DNA of 64,000 nucleotides, from positions 17,168 to 81,167 of the forward strand of contig JALSHZ010000121.1 in assembly GCA_026981985.1 (NCBI GenBank). Direction: 5' to 3'. Each line of letters starts with the position of its first letter. The stretch's first letter is position 1. Below, piece by piece: positions 51,165 to 61,249 of the stretch. A model generated the notes under the pieces. It searched no databases. It was given only the letters and a program-made list of their open reading frames with translations, and was not told the DNA's origin. The stretch comes from Gammaproteobacteria bacterium (lineage in GTDB: Bacteria; Pseudomonadota; Gammaproteobacteria; UWMA-0217). The position numbers and the translations under genes are program-made.

Positions 51165-52394
51165 GTGGCAACGACCCGTCAGAGCAGTTCCGCACAGCAA
51201 CCCTATGCCTGTGTCATCGGTGACTTGAGCATGGTGCGTGCGCTTGGGCGGGCCGGCATTCCGGTCGCGCTGGTGACGGACACGCTCGAGACTCGGGCGG
51301 TCCACTCCCGCTACAGCAAAGCGATCGTGCAGACGCCTAGCTGGGTCGATAACCCTGATGCCGCTGTCGATGCGCTCATCGAATGGGGCAAGCGGCAGGT
51401 GGAAGCGCCGATTCTGTTCTATCAGGGCGACCACGATCTGGTTGCGCTCTCCAAGGCGCGGGAGAGGTTGGAGCCGCACTTCAGGTTTATCTTCCCGCCG
51501 CAGGAACTTGTTGCCGATTTCAGCGACAAGTTGCGTTTTGCCGATCTGGTGGAGCAGCGAGACCTGCCGGTGCCACGCACGCTGACGCTGAAACAGCATT
51601 GCAATGTCACCAAATTGCTGGCCGATTGGGACGACTTTCCCTGTGTGTTCAAGCCGGCAATGCGCACCAATTGGTACGAAACGATTGGTTGCCTGCAAAA
51701 GGCGCTGCGTATCGAGTCTAGATCGGAGCTGGTTGATCTGATTCCAAAGATTGATGTGAGCAATGCCGCTTTTGTTCTCCAGGCTTCGATCGAAGGCGGT
51801 GAGGAAAATATTGTCAGCTATCACGCCTATATCCGGCCTGGCGGAGAAATCGTTGCCGAATTCACTGGCCAGAAGGTGCGCACCGGACCACGACTCTACG
51901 GAATCTCGTCTTGTGTGGAAATCACCGACGATGAGCGAGTGAGAAACCTTGGTCGCTCAGTGGTTGAGAAACTCGATTTTTCCGGCGTACTGAAGATCGA
52001 TTTCAAGATCGACAGCCGCAGCGGAGAACTTTTCATGCTGGAGATCAATCCTCGCTTCAACCTGTGGCATCATCCGGCTGCGGTGGCTGGCGTGAACATC
52101 CCGCAAGCTGTCTATCAGGACTGTATCGAAGAGGGCTCTGCCGAGATCTCGCGCACGGTTCGCCCTGGTGTTCGCTGGATCGAGCTTGGTCTCGATTTCA
52201 TGGCCTATCGTGAATACCATGCCGATGGGGATCTTCCGCTGCTGACCTGGCTGCGTGAATTGGCCACGGCCGATGTCAATGAGGGGTTCTGTTGGCGAGA
52301 TCCGAAACCTGGCATATTGGGCATTGCCTGCCGCATCAAGCGCAATTTCCACAAACGGGTGTTGAGACGCCAAAACGTTGCTGAGTGTGGCTGA
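51165..52394 (+). CDS. ATP-grasp domain ligase (carboxylate-amine ligase family). GTG start.
   Basis: An ATP-grasp core with ELFMLEINPRFN. It lies 8 bp upstream of the metallophosphoesterase gene. Confidence 0.8.
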   Translation: MATTRQSSSAQQPYACVIGDLSMVRALGRAGIPVALVTDTLETRAVHSRYSKAIVQTPSWVDNPDAAVDALIEWGKRQVEAPILFYQGDHDLVALSKARERLEPHFRFIFPPQELVADFSDKLRFADLVEQRDLPVPRTLTLKQHCNVTKLLADWDDFPCVFKPAMRTNWYETIGCLQKALRIESRSELVDLIPKIDVSNAAFVLQASIEGGEENIVSYHAYIRPGGEIVAEFTGQKVRTGPRLYGISSCVEITDDERVRNLGRSVVEKLDFSGVLKIDFKIDSRSGELFMLEINPRFNLWHHPAAVAGVNIPQAVYQDCIEEGSAEISRTVRPGVRWIELGLDFMAYREYHADGDLPLLTWLRELATADVNEGFCWRDPKPGILGIACRIKRNFHKRVLRRQNVAECG

Positions 52395-52401
52395 GGTGCC
52401 G

Positions 52402-53226
52402 ATGCAGATTGCGCTGATCGCCGATATCCATGCCAATCTTGAAGCGCTCGACGCTGTTCTTGAGGATATTGAACGCACGGCGCCCGGGGCGATGATCATC
52501 TGCGCTGGCGATATCGTTGGTTATGGACCAGACCCGGAAGCCTGTATCACCCGCCTGCGTGAACGCGATGTGCCATGCGTCATGGGAAATCATGAAGAGA
52601 TGCTGCTGGGCAAGCGCGATTTTTCGCGCTGTGTCTATGCTGGTGTCAAGTCGGCTCTCTGGGCGAGGCGGCGAGTCAGCGCAGAGGCGAAGTCATTTCT
52701 TGCCGCGCTGCCGGCGAGCCGCGAGGTCGCTCCAGGTATTGTCGTCTGTCACGGCGACCTGGAGAGCGCCGACATCTACATCAGCGACGCGAAACGGGGC
52801 AGTGCGGTGCTGGCACAGTTGGGCGAGCAATGGCCTGATGCCAAAATACTGGTCTGTGGTCATACCCACCACGCCGCGATCTATACCGAGGCATCAGGAT
52901 TCGATCTCGTTGCTGTTCCGGATCAGCGTCCGCTCCCGAATGCAGAACCCTGTATCGTCAATCCGGGGGCGGTTGGTCAATCCCGTGATACTCGCGCCGT
53001 AGCGCGTTATGCGATTGTTGATCGCGAGTCGAATTCGATTGCCTTTCACGAGCTGGAATATGACCACGCCACGACCATCCGCAAGCTCCGCCGAGCAGGT
53101 CTGGTGCCCCAAGTGGTGCTACGGCGCCCGGAAGGAAAAATCGCGCAGCGTATCGAATGGTACAAACTGCGCTGGGCCCGCTACTGGGGTGAGAGGGACA
53201 ATGCCAAAATGCGGGAAGTCTCGTAG
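52402..53226 (+). CDS. Metallophosphoesterase (calcineurin-like, YfcE/MJ0936 type)
   Basis: MQIALIADIHANLEALDAV..GDIVGYGP..GNHE..GHTH motifs. Confidence 0.85.
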   Translation: MQIALIADIHANLEALDAVLEDIERTAPGAMIICAGDIVGYGPDPEACITRLRERDVPCVMGNHEEMLLGKRDFSRCVYAGVKSALWARRRVSAEAKSFLAALPASREVAPGIVVCHGDLESADIYISDAKRGSAVLAQLGEQWPDAKILVCGHTHHAAIYTEASGFDLVAVPDQRPLPNAEPCIVNPGAVGQSRDTRAVARYAIVDRESNSIAFHELEYDHATTIRKLRRAGLVPQVVLRRPEGKIAQRIEWYKLRWARYWGERDNAKMREVS

Positions 53227-53278
53227 GCAGGGTTTGTTGGGCACGTCATCACTGTTTTAACATCCCGCCATCTCCGCG

Positions 53279-54262
53279 TCAGGTCTTACGCTTGTCGAGC
53301 GAGAACCCCTTGACGAAAACACTGTGCCGGAAAAAATCCGTCAGATAGGCTGGCGGATCGAGGTTTTGCTTGCGTTGGATGAACTGACGTATCAGCCAGA
53401 GTGAATAGCCAGCCATGTGCAGGGCGTCAGCCAGCGCCGCATAGGCAGCGCCGTGATTCTTGATGAAGTAGCGGCGGCGGGATTCGAACCAGTAGCCGGG
53501 CCTTCGTGGTTGCCGGGCGCTGGTGTGCCGAAAACCTGTCGAGGCGCCAATCACGTGCAGGATTCTGCTCTCCGGCACATACCAAAGCTCCCAGCCTTTG
53601 CGCTGCGCCTGGAGACAGAAGTCGCTCTCCTCGAAGTAGAGGAAGTAATCTTCGTCCATCAGGCCGATGGTGTCGAAAACCTCGCGCCGAATCATCAGTG
53701 AGGTGCCGGATAGCCACTCCGCCAGGTGTGGTTGGGGTTCCGGCGTGACTGGAATTACCGTTTTTGGCAGCAGGCGATCGACGATCCCGAGCCGCAGGTT
53801 CGAAAAGAATTCACTCAGCGCAGTGAAGTGGCGGAAGGCCATGGCTTTTTGCTCGCCTTCGGGATCGATATAGCGGCTGGTGGCCAGCCCGGCTTTGGGA
53901 TGCGCTTCCATGAAATCCAGCAAGGCCTTGCCTGCACCCTCTAGCGATTCCGCATCAGGGTTGAGCAACCAGAAGTAGTCGGGCGGCTGGTCAGCTGTGA
54001 GTGCCGGGCGGATGGCGATATTGTTGCCATAGGAAAAACCGCCATTGCGTTCGGCCGCGACGACCTCAGCCCAAGACTGCCAGCCATTCTCTTTGATAGC
54101 GTTTCTGATCGTGTCGACAGACCCATCGCCGGACTGATTGTCGACCACAACCATTCGGGTTTGCTCGGGAAGGTTGCGCAGGTCGGCGGCAATGGATGCC
54201 AGGCACTTGATGGTCAGTGCGGCAGTGCGGTAGTTGACGGTGACAATGAGCAGTTTGGGCAT
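53279..54262 (-). CDS. Family 2 glycosyltransferase (paralog 2 of 3)
   Basis: LLIVTVNYRTAALTIKCL..VVDNQSGDGS..YWFESRRRYF. A longer ORF runs to 54289. Confidence 0.85.
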   Translation of the reverse strand: MPKLLIVTVNYRTAALTIKCLASIAADLRNLPEQTRMVVVDNQSGDGSVDTIRNAIKENGWQSWAEVVAAERNGGFSYGNNIAIRPALTADQPPDYFWLLNPDAESLEGAGKALLDFMEAHPKAGLATSRYIDPEGEQKAMAFRHFTALSEFFSNLRLGIVDRLLPKTVIPVTPEPQPHLAEWLSGTSLMIRREVFDTIGLMDEDYFLYFEESDFCLQAQRKGWELWYVPESRILHVIGASTGFRHTSARQPRRPGYWFESRRRYFIKNHGAAYAALADALHMAGYSLWLIRQFIQRKQNLDPPAYLTDFFRHSVFVKGFSLDKRKT

Positions 54263-54481
54263 GGGGGTTGGGCCATTTGGGATTGGCATTGTTGTCTCTG
54301 GCCGCGATGGTAGTAGAGATGCTTGAAAAGATCACGGAACCCATCCGGTTTCCGTGGCGGATGCACTCTTTTGGTTGGTTTGGCCCAGTTGATCTCATGA
54401 TCAGATGAACAGAGTTTCACAGTTGGCCACTCAAGACTGTGTTAGCTTGGTGTTTGGAGGAAGTTGCACAGATATTGACCG

Positions 54482-55519
54482 ATGAGTGAGAAGCCGATTC
54501 AACTGGCGATTGTAACCGTCAACTACAAAACGCCGGACCTGACCAATAGATGTATCGATGCGGTCTTGAACGATGCGCAAGCATTACCGCCCTTTCGCAT
54601 GTTTGTGGTCGATAACAACTCCGGGGACGGGTCGCCGGAGGTGATTGGCCAACATATTGACGCGCGTGACGCAGGTGATTGCGTCGAACTGCTGGTGGCG
54701 CCAGTGAATGGTGGCTACGCCTATGGCAACAATGTTGCGTTGCGCGCCATTCGCGAGCGTGGCTTGGATCCGGCTTATATCTGGTTCCTCAATCCCGATA
54801 CCGAGGTCGAGCTGGGTGCCGGCAAGGCGCTGATCGACTTTCTCGATGCGCATCCACAGGCAGGTATGGCGGGCAGTGGGCTGATCGACGCTGACGGTAC
54901 GCCCCAGATCTCCGCGTTTCGCTTCCACGCGCCTCTGAATGAATTTCTCGAATACATGCAGCTGGGCATTCTGGATCGGCTGTTCAGCAACTATCAGGTA
55001 ACGATGCCGGTCGCGTCAGTGCCGCATCGTGCCGACTGGGTGACCGGCGCCTCGTTCATGATCACGTCGCGGTGCATCGACAGCGTAGGGCTGATGGATG
55101 AAGGCTACTTTCTCTATTATGAAGATGTCGACTATGGTTTTGCGGCAGCCCGGGCCGGATGGGAGGTTTGGACAGTGCCGCAGAGTCGGGTGTTCCACGT
55201 CTGTGGTGCGGCAACGGGTGTGCTCGATTTCAATATGAAACAGCCGCGCCGGCCGGATTACTGGTTCGAATCACGCCGCCGCTTTTTTCTGAAGAACTAC
55301 GGTAAGACGACGCTGCTGCTGGCCGATATTGCCCTGCTGACGGGTTTCTCCCTGTGGCGCCTGAGGCGCCTGATTCAGCGTAAACCCGATTTCGACTCGC
55401 CTGGATTCCTTGGTGATGCATTCCGCCATTCCGTGTTCGCGAAGGGCTTCCGTCTACAGACACGTGCGTTGCCATCGGAAGTCGAGCTGCCGCTGGCGGA
55501 GCAGGATTCCCCATCCTGA
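54482..55519 (+). CDS. Family 2 glycosyltransferase (paralog 3 of 3)
   Basis: LAIVTVNYKTPDLTNRCI..VVDNNSGDGS..YWFESRRRFF. Confidence 0.85.
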   Translation: MSEKPIQLAIVTVNYKTPDLTNRCIDAVLNDAQALPPFRMFVVDNNSGDGSPEVIGQHIDARDAGDCVELLVAPVNGGYAYGNNVALRAIRERGLDPAYIWFLNPDTEVELGAGKALIDFLDAHPQAGMAGSGLIDADGTPQISAFRFHAPLNEFLEYMQLGILDRLFSNYQVTMPVASVPHRADWVTGASFMITSRCIDSVGLMDEGYFLYYEDVDYGFAAARAGWEVWTVPQSRVFHVCGAATGVLDFNMKQPRRPDYWFESRRRFFLKNYGKTTLLLADIALLTGFSLWRLRRLIQRKPDFDSPGFLGDAFRHSVFAKGFRLQTRALPSEVELPLAEQDSPS

Positions 55520-55525
55520 ACGCGA

Positions 55526-56293
55526 TTACTGTCGGCGCAGAAACACCCATTCATCACCTTGTGACTGCTCTTCCGAAAAGTGGTAACCGGCGCTATCGAA
55601 CGCCTTGATGGCTTCCGGATCGGTCAGGCGGTGCTCGGCGATATAGCGGGTCATCATGCCGCGTGCTTTCTTCGCATAGAAGCTGATCATCTTGTACTGC
55701 CCGTTTTTCCAGTCCTTGAACTGCGGCGTGATGATTCGGCCATCGAGATCGTTCTTTCTTACTGCCTTGAAATATTCGTTCGACGCGAGGTTGACCAGTA
55801 CGCCGTCATCCGTGGCCAGCAGTGCGTTGAGCGCATCGGTGATCTTGCTGCCCCAGAATTCATAGAGGTTGTTGCCGCGCGGATTGGGAATCTTACGCCC
55901 CATTTCGAGGCGGTAGGGCTGCATCAAATCCAGCGGACGCAGCAAGCCATACAGGCCGGAGAGAATCCGCAAGTGATCCTGGAGGAATTCGAGGCTTGCT
56001 TCATCGAGATGGTACGCATCGATGCCATCGTAGACATCCCCTTTGAAAGCGAACACCGCCGGGCGGGCATGGTCCGGCGTGAATGGCGTGTGCCACTCGG
56101 CGAAACGCTCGTGGTTGAGTTCCGCGATCTTCATGCTGACCTTCATGATTTCGGCGATATCCAGCGCCGAGTATTGCCGCATGGTGTCGATCAGCTCGGC
56201 GGAATCGTCGAGAAAATCGGGGATCGTGTAGTGATCGATTGGCAGAGGGGATTCGAGATCCAGCGTCTTGGCGGGGGAAATAACAATGATCAT
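55526..56293 (-). CDS. yaaA: Peroxide stress protein YaaA (UPF0246/DUF328)
   Basis: MIIVISPAKTLDLESP... Confidence 0.92.
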   Translation of the reverse strand: MIIVISPAKTLDLESPLPIDHYTIPDFLDDSAELIDTMRQYSALDIAEIMKVSMKIAELNHERFAEWHTPFTPDHARPAVFAFKGDVYDGIDAYHLDEASLEFLQDHLRILSGLYGLLRPLDLMQPYRLEMGRKIPNPRGNNLYEFWGSKITDALNALLATDDGVLVNLASNEYFKAVRKNDLDGRIITPQFKDWKNGQYKMISFYAKKARGMMTRYIAEHRLTDPEAIKAFDSAGYHFSEEQSQGDEWVFLRRQ

Positions 56294-56315
56294 GGTTGGT
56301 GGTTCGCTTGTAGGA

Positions 56316-56624
56316 TCAGATTTTCAGGCGTTCGACCGGGCGACCATTGACGAGGTGCTCTTCGATGATCTCGTCGATGTCCTCCTTGTCGATATAGGTG
56401 TACCAGGTTTCATCCGGATAGACGACGATCACCGGGCCTTCATCGCAGCGGTCGAGGCAGCCGGCGGTATTGATGCGTATCTTGCTCTTGCCGCTCAAGC
56501 CCAGATCCTTGATGCGCTGCTTCGCATAGGCGCGCAGCTCGCTGGCGTGATAGTTCTCGCAGCAGGGGCGGCCATCGTCGCGCTTGTTGGTGCAGAAGAA
56601 TACGTGATGCTGGTAGAAGTGCAT
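56316..56624 (-). CDS. Thioredoxin-like (2Fe-2S) ferredoxin
   Basis: Four Cys ligands (C..CC...C..C pattern: FFCTNKR..PCC..GCLDRCDEGP). Confidence 0.8.
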   Translation of the reverse strand: MHFYQHHVFFCTNKRDDGRPCCENYHASELRAYAKQRIKDLGLSGKSKIRINTAGCLDRCDEGPVIVVYPDETWYTYIDKEDIDEIIEEHLVNGRPVERLKI

Positions 56625-56688
56625 GGCTACCTATTGCCCAAAGAAAGTCTTACGATACGCAGACGATTGATTTTAGCAGGAAAGCCCC

Positions 56689-57327
56689 ATGCGAGATTTC
56701 ACCCCCATAGACAAGGTGGTCATGCTTCTGGACCAGAGCCTGCGTGCCGTACACAGTGCGCATCAAGGCACCGCGCGACCGAACCCGGCGGCGCAGCATG
56801 ATGAAGCAAACCTCGATGAAAATGAGCGCAAACAGGTCATCGGGATGATGCGCATCAATCACGCGGGTGAGGTGGCGGCGCAAGCGCTGTACAACGGACA
56901 GGCGCTTACGGCCCGGGATGAAGAGGTACGGCAGCGGATGCAGGAATCCGCTATCGAGGAGACGGGTCATCTCGCCTGGTGCAAGGCGCGGGTCGATGAA
57001 CTGGGCGGTCACACCAGCTATCTTGGCCCGTTCTGGTACTGGGGCTCATTCGCCATCGGCGCCACCGCCGGGCTGGCTGGCGACAAATGGAGTCTCGGCT
57101 TCGTCAAGGAGACAGAAGACCAGGTCGGCGCCCACCTCGAAGAGCACCTGAAGCGCCTGCCGGAACAGGATTTGAAAAGCCGCGCCATCGTCACGCAGAT
57201 GGCGCTAGACGAAGCCCATCACGGCCAGAAAGCTGCCGACCTCGGCGGTGTCGAACTACCCGCCCCGATCCGCGGGTTGATGAAGCTGACATCCAAAGTG
57301 ATGACGACGCTTAGTTATCGGTTTTGA
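56689..57327 (+). CDS. coq7: Demethoxyubiquinone hydroxylase Coq7
   Basis: MRINHAGEVAAQALYNGQ and di-iron carboxylate motifs. Confidence 0.92.
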   Translation: MRDFTPIDKVVMLLDQSLRAVHSAHQGTARPNPAAQHDEANLDENERKQVIGMMRINHAGEVAAQALYNGQALTARDEEVRQRMQESAIEETGHLAWCKARVDELGGHTSYLGPFWYWGSFAIGATAGLAGDKWSLGFVKETEDQVGAHLEEHLKRLPEQDLKSRAIVTQMALDEAHHGQKAADLGGVELPAPIRGLMKLTSKVMTTLSYRF

Positions 57328-57756
57328 CTACTGGGAAGGACAGGCTTCCCTGATCTCATAGCCATGGGTGACTGTCGCTGTCTTGCCGAGCATGATCGAT
57401 GCGGAGCAGTATTTCTCGGCAGAGAGTTCGATGGCCCGTTTGACGTGCTTTTCTGCCAGGTTTCGGCCGGTGACGATAAAGTGCAGGTGAATCTTGGTGA
57501 ACACTTTTGGTTCGGTCTCAGCACGTTCTGCTTCGATCATTGCTTCGCAGTTGGTCACCTGCTGGCGTGCCTTCTTCAAAATGTGTACGACATCGAAGCT
57601 GGCGCAGCCACCCATGCCGAGCAGCAGCATCTCCATTGGGCGTGGGCCGTGGTCGGAACCACCGCTTTCGGGAGCGCCATCCATCACAATGGCGTGGCCT
57701 GTTCCAGACTCGCCTACGAACCCCATTGGGGGTAGCCATCTCACGCGTGCCTTCAT
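57328..57756 (-). CDS. OsmC/Ohr-family protein
   Basis: OsmC-like, with the conserved Cys pair (GGCASFD ... KYCSAS). Confidence 0.85.
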   Translation of the reverse strand: MKARVRWLPPMGFVGESGTGHAIVMDGAPESGGSDHGPRPMEMLLLGMGGCASFDVVHILKKARQQVTNCEAMIEAERAETEPKVFTKIHLHFIVTGRNLAEKHVKRAIELSAEKYCSASIMLGKTATVTHGYEIREACPSQ

Positions 57757-57869
57757 TTTCCTACCCTTTGTCGTTAACGGGATTCCATAACTTGCATAGG
57801 TTTCGCTTTGCTGTTAAAAGGTTAGCACAGGAATGTGAACCTATACCTAAAACCGGATGGCTGCATTCG

Positions 57870-57887
57870 TGTGAAAAGGACTTCACA
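57870..57887 (+). promoter_or_regulatory. Putative CRP/Vfr autoregulatory site TGTGA-N8-TCACA
   Basis: An imperfect CRP-like palindrome 24 bp upstream of the crp ATG. Confidence 0.4.
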
Positions 57888-57910
57888 TCCGCCGGAATTC
57901 AAACAAGGAA

Positions 57911-58567
57911 TTGATCAATATGGTTGCGCTACAACGTACAGTGCCGGAGTTCAGCCCGGTAATCGACCGTTTTCTTCAAAACTGTCATATCAAGCACTAT
58001 CCGCCCCGCTCGGTCATCATCCATGCGGGTGATCCACCGGAAACATTGTACTTCATCACCCGTGGCTCGGTCACCGTCATGATCGAAGACAAGGACGGGC
58101 ACGAGCTGGTGCTGGCTTATCTGAACAAGGGTGAGTTCTTTGGTGAAATGGGGCTGTTCGACGACAAGGCCCGTAGCGCATGGGTTGTCGCCCGCAGCGA
58201 ATGTGAAGTGGCCGAAATCCACTACAGCCAGTTCAAGAAGCTGTCGGCTGAAGACCCCGAGATTCTGTTCTCATTGGCGACACAAATGGCAACCCGCCTG
58301 CGTGACACGAGCCGTAAGGTCATCGACCTCGCTTTCCTTGATGTGACGGGACGGATTGCCCACACCTTGATGGAGCTATGCAGCCAGCCAGACGCAATGA
58401 CGCACCCCGACGGTATGCAGATCCGCATCACTCGTCAGGAAATCGCCAAAATCGTTGGTTGTTCCCGCGAAATGGCAGGTCGGGTGTTGAAAGACCTGGA
58501 AGAGCAGGGATTGGTCAGCGCACACGGCAAAACCATCGTGGTATTCGGCGCACGTCCTGGCACTTAA
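57911..58567 (+). CDS. crp: cAMP receptor protein (Crp/Vfr)
   Basis: A cNMP-binding domain (FFGEMGLF) and a C-terminal helix-turn-helix ([17 protein letters not shown]). An alternative start lies at 57920. Confidence 0.93.
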   Translation: MINMVALQRTVPEFSPVIDRFLQNCHIKHYPPRSVIIHAGDPPETLYFITRGSVTVMIEDKDGHELVLAYLNKGEFFGEMGLFDDKARSAWVVARSECEVAEIHYSQFKKLSAEDPEILFSLATQMATRLRDTSRKVIDLAFLDVTGRIAHTLMELCSQPDAMTHPDGMQIRITRQEIAKIVGCSREMAGRVLKDLEEQGLVSAHGKTIVVFGARPGT

Positions 58568-58572
58568 AACCT

Positions 58573-58721
58573 GCTGTAACTACTCAGCTTACCCCCCTTA
58601 TTTGCGCCAACTCTGCGTTGGAAGTGCTCATTTACACTTGTAAACTGCGCGCTTCCGCCTTGATTTGACGCAAAACGGGGGCAATCTGAGCAGTTACGAG
58701 ACTGTGCTGAGTAGTTACAAC
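58573..58721. repeat. MITE-like intergenic repeat, copy B, inverted relative to copy A
   Basis: Terminal inverted repeats GCTGTAACTACTCAGC/GCTGAGTAGTTAC and an internal TTTACACTTGTAAA. Confidence 0.8.
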
Positions 58722-58737
58722 CTGCTTACCTCAAGCA

Positions 58738-58772
58738 AACAAAAAAAGGCGGCCTCTAGGCTGCCTTTTTTG
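58738..58772. terminator. Bidirectional Rho-independent terminator between crp and trpC
   Basis: An A7 run, the hairpin ggcggcc-tcta-ggctgcc, then a T6 run. Confidence 0.7.
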
Positions 58773-58829
58773 TGCCCTGGGACCGCCGGCGTCCCGCCGG
58801 CAATGCCAGCAGGATGCTGGCGCTCCCGT

Positions 58830-59633
58830 TCAAAAAAACAGCTCCGCCAACGCCTCACCCGGGTCATCAGCCCGCATGAAGGCCTCCCCAACGAGGAAGC
58901 CGTTGACGTTAGCGGCGCGCATTTTTTCCACATTATCCCGGGTATGGATGCCACTTTCGGTGATCAACAGCCGATCGTCGGGGATCTTGTCCAGCATGCG
59001 CAGGGTGGTATCGAGTGACGTCTCGAACGTTCGCAGATTGCGGTTGTTGATGCCGATCATCGGCACTTCCGTCGCCAATGCGCGTTCGAGTTCGATCTCG
59101 TCGTGGACTTCCATCAGCACGTCGAGGCCGAGTTCGGTGGCCAGGTCAGCGAAAGCGCGCAGGTCGCGGTCGCCGAGACTGGCGGCAATCAGCAGGATGC
59201 AGTCTGCGCCCAGTGTGCGTGCTTCGTAGATTTGCCAGGCATCGACGACAAAATCCTTGCGCAGCACCGGCAACTCGCAGGCATTGCGCGCCTCGATCAG
59301 ATAGTCATCGCTGCCCTGGAAGAAATCGACATCGGTCAGTACCGAAAGGCAGGTCGCACCGCTGGCTGCATAGCGTTCGGCGATCCAGCCAGGATCGAAA
59401 TCCGGGCGGATCAGCCCCTTGCTGGGAGACGCTTTCTTGATCTCGGCGATGACCGCCGGCTCACCGGCGGTGATGCGTTCCCGCAGTCGCCCAATGAAGC
59501 CCCGGGGAGGCGAGGCAGAGCCCAGCCGTTCCCGCAGTGCATCGAGCGGGGTGTGTTGCTGGCGCTCGGCGACTTCTTTGAGTTTCCGTCTGAGTATCTT
59601 TTGCAGGATGTCGTCGGTGGCTGCTCGGGTCAT
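58830..59633 (-). CDS. trpC: Indole-3-glycerol phosphate synthase
   Basis: Full-length TrpC homology. Confidence 0.96.
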   Translation of the reverse strand: MTRAATDDILQKILRRKLKEVAERQQHTPLDALRERLGSASPPRGFIGRLRERITAGEPAVIAEIKKASPSKGLIRPDFDPGWIAERYAASGATCLSVLTDVDFFQGSDDYLIEARNACELPVLRKDFVVDAWQIYEARTLGADCILLIAASLGDRDLRAFADLATELGLDVLMEVHDEIELERALATEVPMIGINNRNLRTFETSLDTTLRMLDKIPDDRLLITESGIHTRDNVEKMRAANVNGFLVGEAFMRADDPGEALAELFF

Positions 59634-60652
59634 GCGGCAAAGCTCCGGCTCTTGGCGACGAGTGCGTCGAGACGCCCCTTGGCTGCGCCATTGGCAATCA
59701 CTTCTCCGGCTTTGTCGATGCCCTGTTGCAGGCTGTCGGCAAGTCCCGCTGCATAGATGGCTGCGCCGGCGTTGAGTTGCACTGCGTCACGCGCCGGGCC
59801 GGGCTGATTGTCGAGCACCGAGCGGATCATCGCCAAGCTCTCATCCGGGCTGGCGACCTTGATCTGTTCGAGTGGCGATTCATCGATGCCGAAGTCGCCG
59901 GGGGCGATGCTGTATTCGGAGATCGCGCTATTGTTCAACTCGGCGACATGGGTCGCGCCCTCGATGCTGATCTCATCCAGCCCTTTTTCGGCATGCACGA
60001 CCAGCACATGCTCGGCGCCAAGCTGTTGCAGCACGTCGGCCATTGGCCGTACCAGTTCACGGCTGAACACGCCGAGCAGCATATTGGGCGCCGCGGCTGG
60101 GTTGGTCAGCGGCCCGAGGATATTGAAGATTGTTCTCACCGCCATTTCCTTGCGCGGCCCGATGGCGTGTTTCATGGCGCTGTGATGCAGCGGGGCGAAC
60201 ATAAAGCCAACGCCCACCGCGTCGATGCATTCGGCGACCTGTTTGGGTGTCAGTTGCAGGTTTACGCCGGCGGTTTCGAGCAGGTCGGCGCTGCCAGAGC
60301 TGCTGGAAACTGAGCGGTTGCCGTGTTTGGCGACCCGCCCGCCCGCCGCAGCCACGACGAAGGTGCTGGCGGTGGAGATATTGAAGGTATGGGCGCTGTC
60401 GCCCCCGGTGCCGACGATATCGACCAGATGGTTGCGATCGACTTCGACCGGCGCCGCCAGTTCGCGCATCACCGACGCCGCAGCGGCGATTTCATCGACG
60501 GTCTCGCCTTTCATGCGCAGACCGATCAGAAAGCCGCCGATCTGCGCCGGGGTCGCCTCACCGGTCATGATCTGGCGCATGACTTCAACCATCTCGTTGC
60601 CGTTGAGATTGCGGTGGTCGAGCACCGCCTGGATCGCCTGTTGGATGTTCAT
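59630..60652 (-). CDS. trpD: Anthranilate phosphoribosyltransferase
   Basis: Full-length TrpD homology. Confidence 0.96.
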   Translation of the reverse strand: MNIQQAIQAVLDHRNLNGNEMVEVMRQIMTGEATPAQIGGFLIGLRMKGETVDEIAAAASVMRELAAPVEVDRNHLVDIVGTGGDSAHTFNISTASTFVVAAAGGRVAKHGNRSVSSSSGSADLLETAGVNLQLTPKQVAECIDAVGVGFMFAPLHHSAMKHAIGPRKEMAVRTIFNILGPLTNPAAAPNMLLGVFSRELVRPMADVLQQLGAEHVLVVHAEKGLDEISIEGATHVAELNNSAISEYSIAPGDFGIDESPLEQIKVASPDESLAMIRSVLDNQPGPARDAVQLNAGAAIYAAGLADSLQQGIDKAGEVIANGAAKGRLDALVAKSRSFAA

Positions 60653-61245
60653 TTTCTCATGCCTTCTTGCTGGTCGAGGAAGTTACGGAGCAGGTCGTGT
60701 CCGTGTTGGGTAAGAATGGACTCGGGATGATATTGCACCCCTTCGATCATGTATTCGTGGTGGCGCACACCCATGATCTCGTCGAATTCGCCGTCGTCGG
60801 TTTCCGTCCAGGCGGTGATCTCCAGGCAATCCGGCAGGCTCGCCCGGTCGATCACCAGGGAGTGGTAGCGGGTCGCCTCGTAGGGGTTCGACAGCCCGCG
60901 GAACACGCCTTCGCCGCGATGGTGGATCATTGATGTCTTGCCGTGCATGATCTCGCGCGCGTGAACGATCTTGCCACCGAAGACCTGGCCGATACTCTGG
61001 TGGCCGAGGCAGACGCCCAGGATCGGCACCCGCCCTTTCCACTGCTCGATCAGCTGCATTGAGATGCCGGCTTCGTTCGGCGTACAGGGTCCGGGTGAGA
61101 TCATGATGTGATCCGGCTGCATCGCCTCGACTTCGTCCAGCGAAATCTCGTCATTGCGCGCCACGGTGACATCGGCACCCAGTTCGCCCAGGTACTGCAC
61201 CAGGTTGTAGGTAAACGAGTCGTAGTTGTCGATCATTAGCAGCAT
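60649..61245 (-). CDS. trpG: Anthranilate synthase component II (glutamine amidotransferase)
   Basis: A class I glutamine amidotransferase with the catalytic triad Cys (GVCLGHQ). Confidence 0.95.
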   Translation of the reverse strand: MLLMIDNYDSFTYNLVQYLGELGADVTVARNDEISLDEVEAMQPDHIMISPGPCTPNEAGISMQLIEQWKGRVPILGVCLGHQSIGQVFGGKIVHAREIMHGKTSMIHHRGEGVFRGLSNPYEATRYHSLVIDRASLPDCLEITAWTETDDGEFDEIMGVRHHEYMIEGVQYHPESILTQHGHDLLRNFLDQQEGMRK

Positions 61246-61249
61246 GTGA

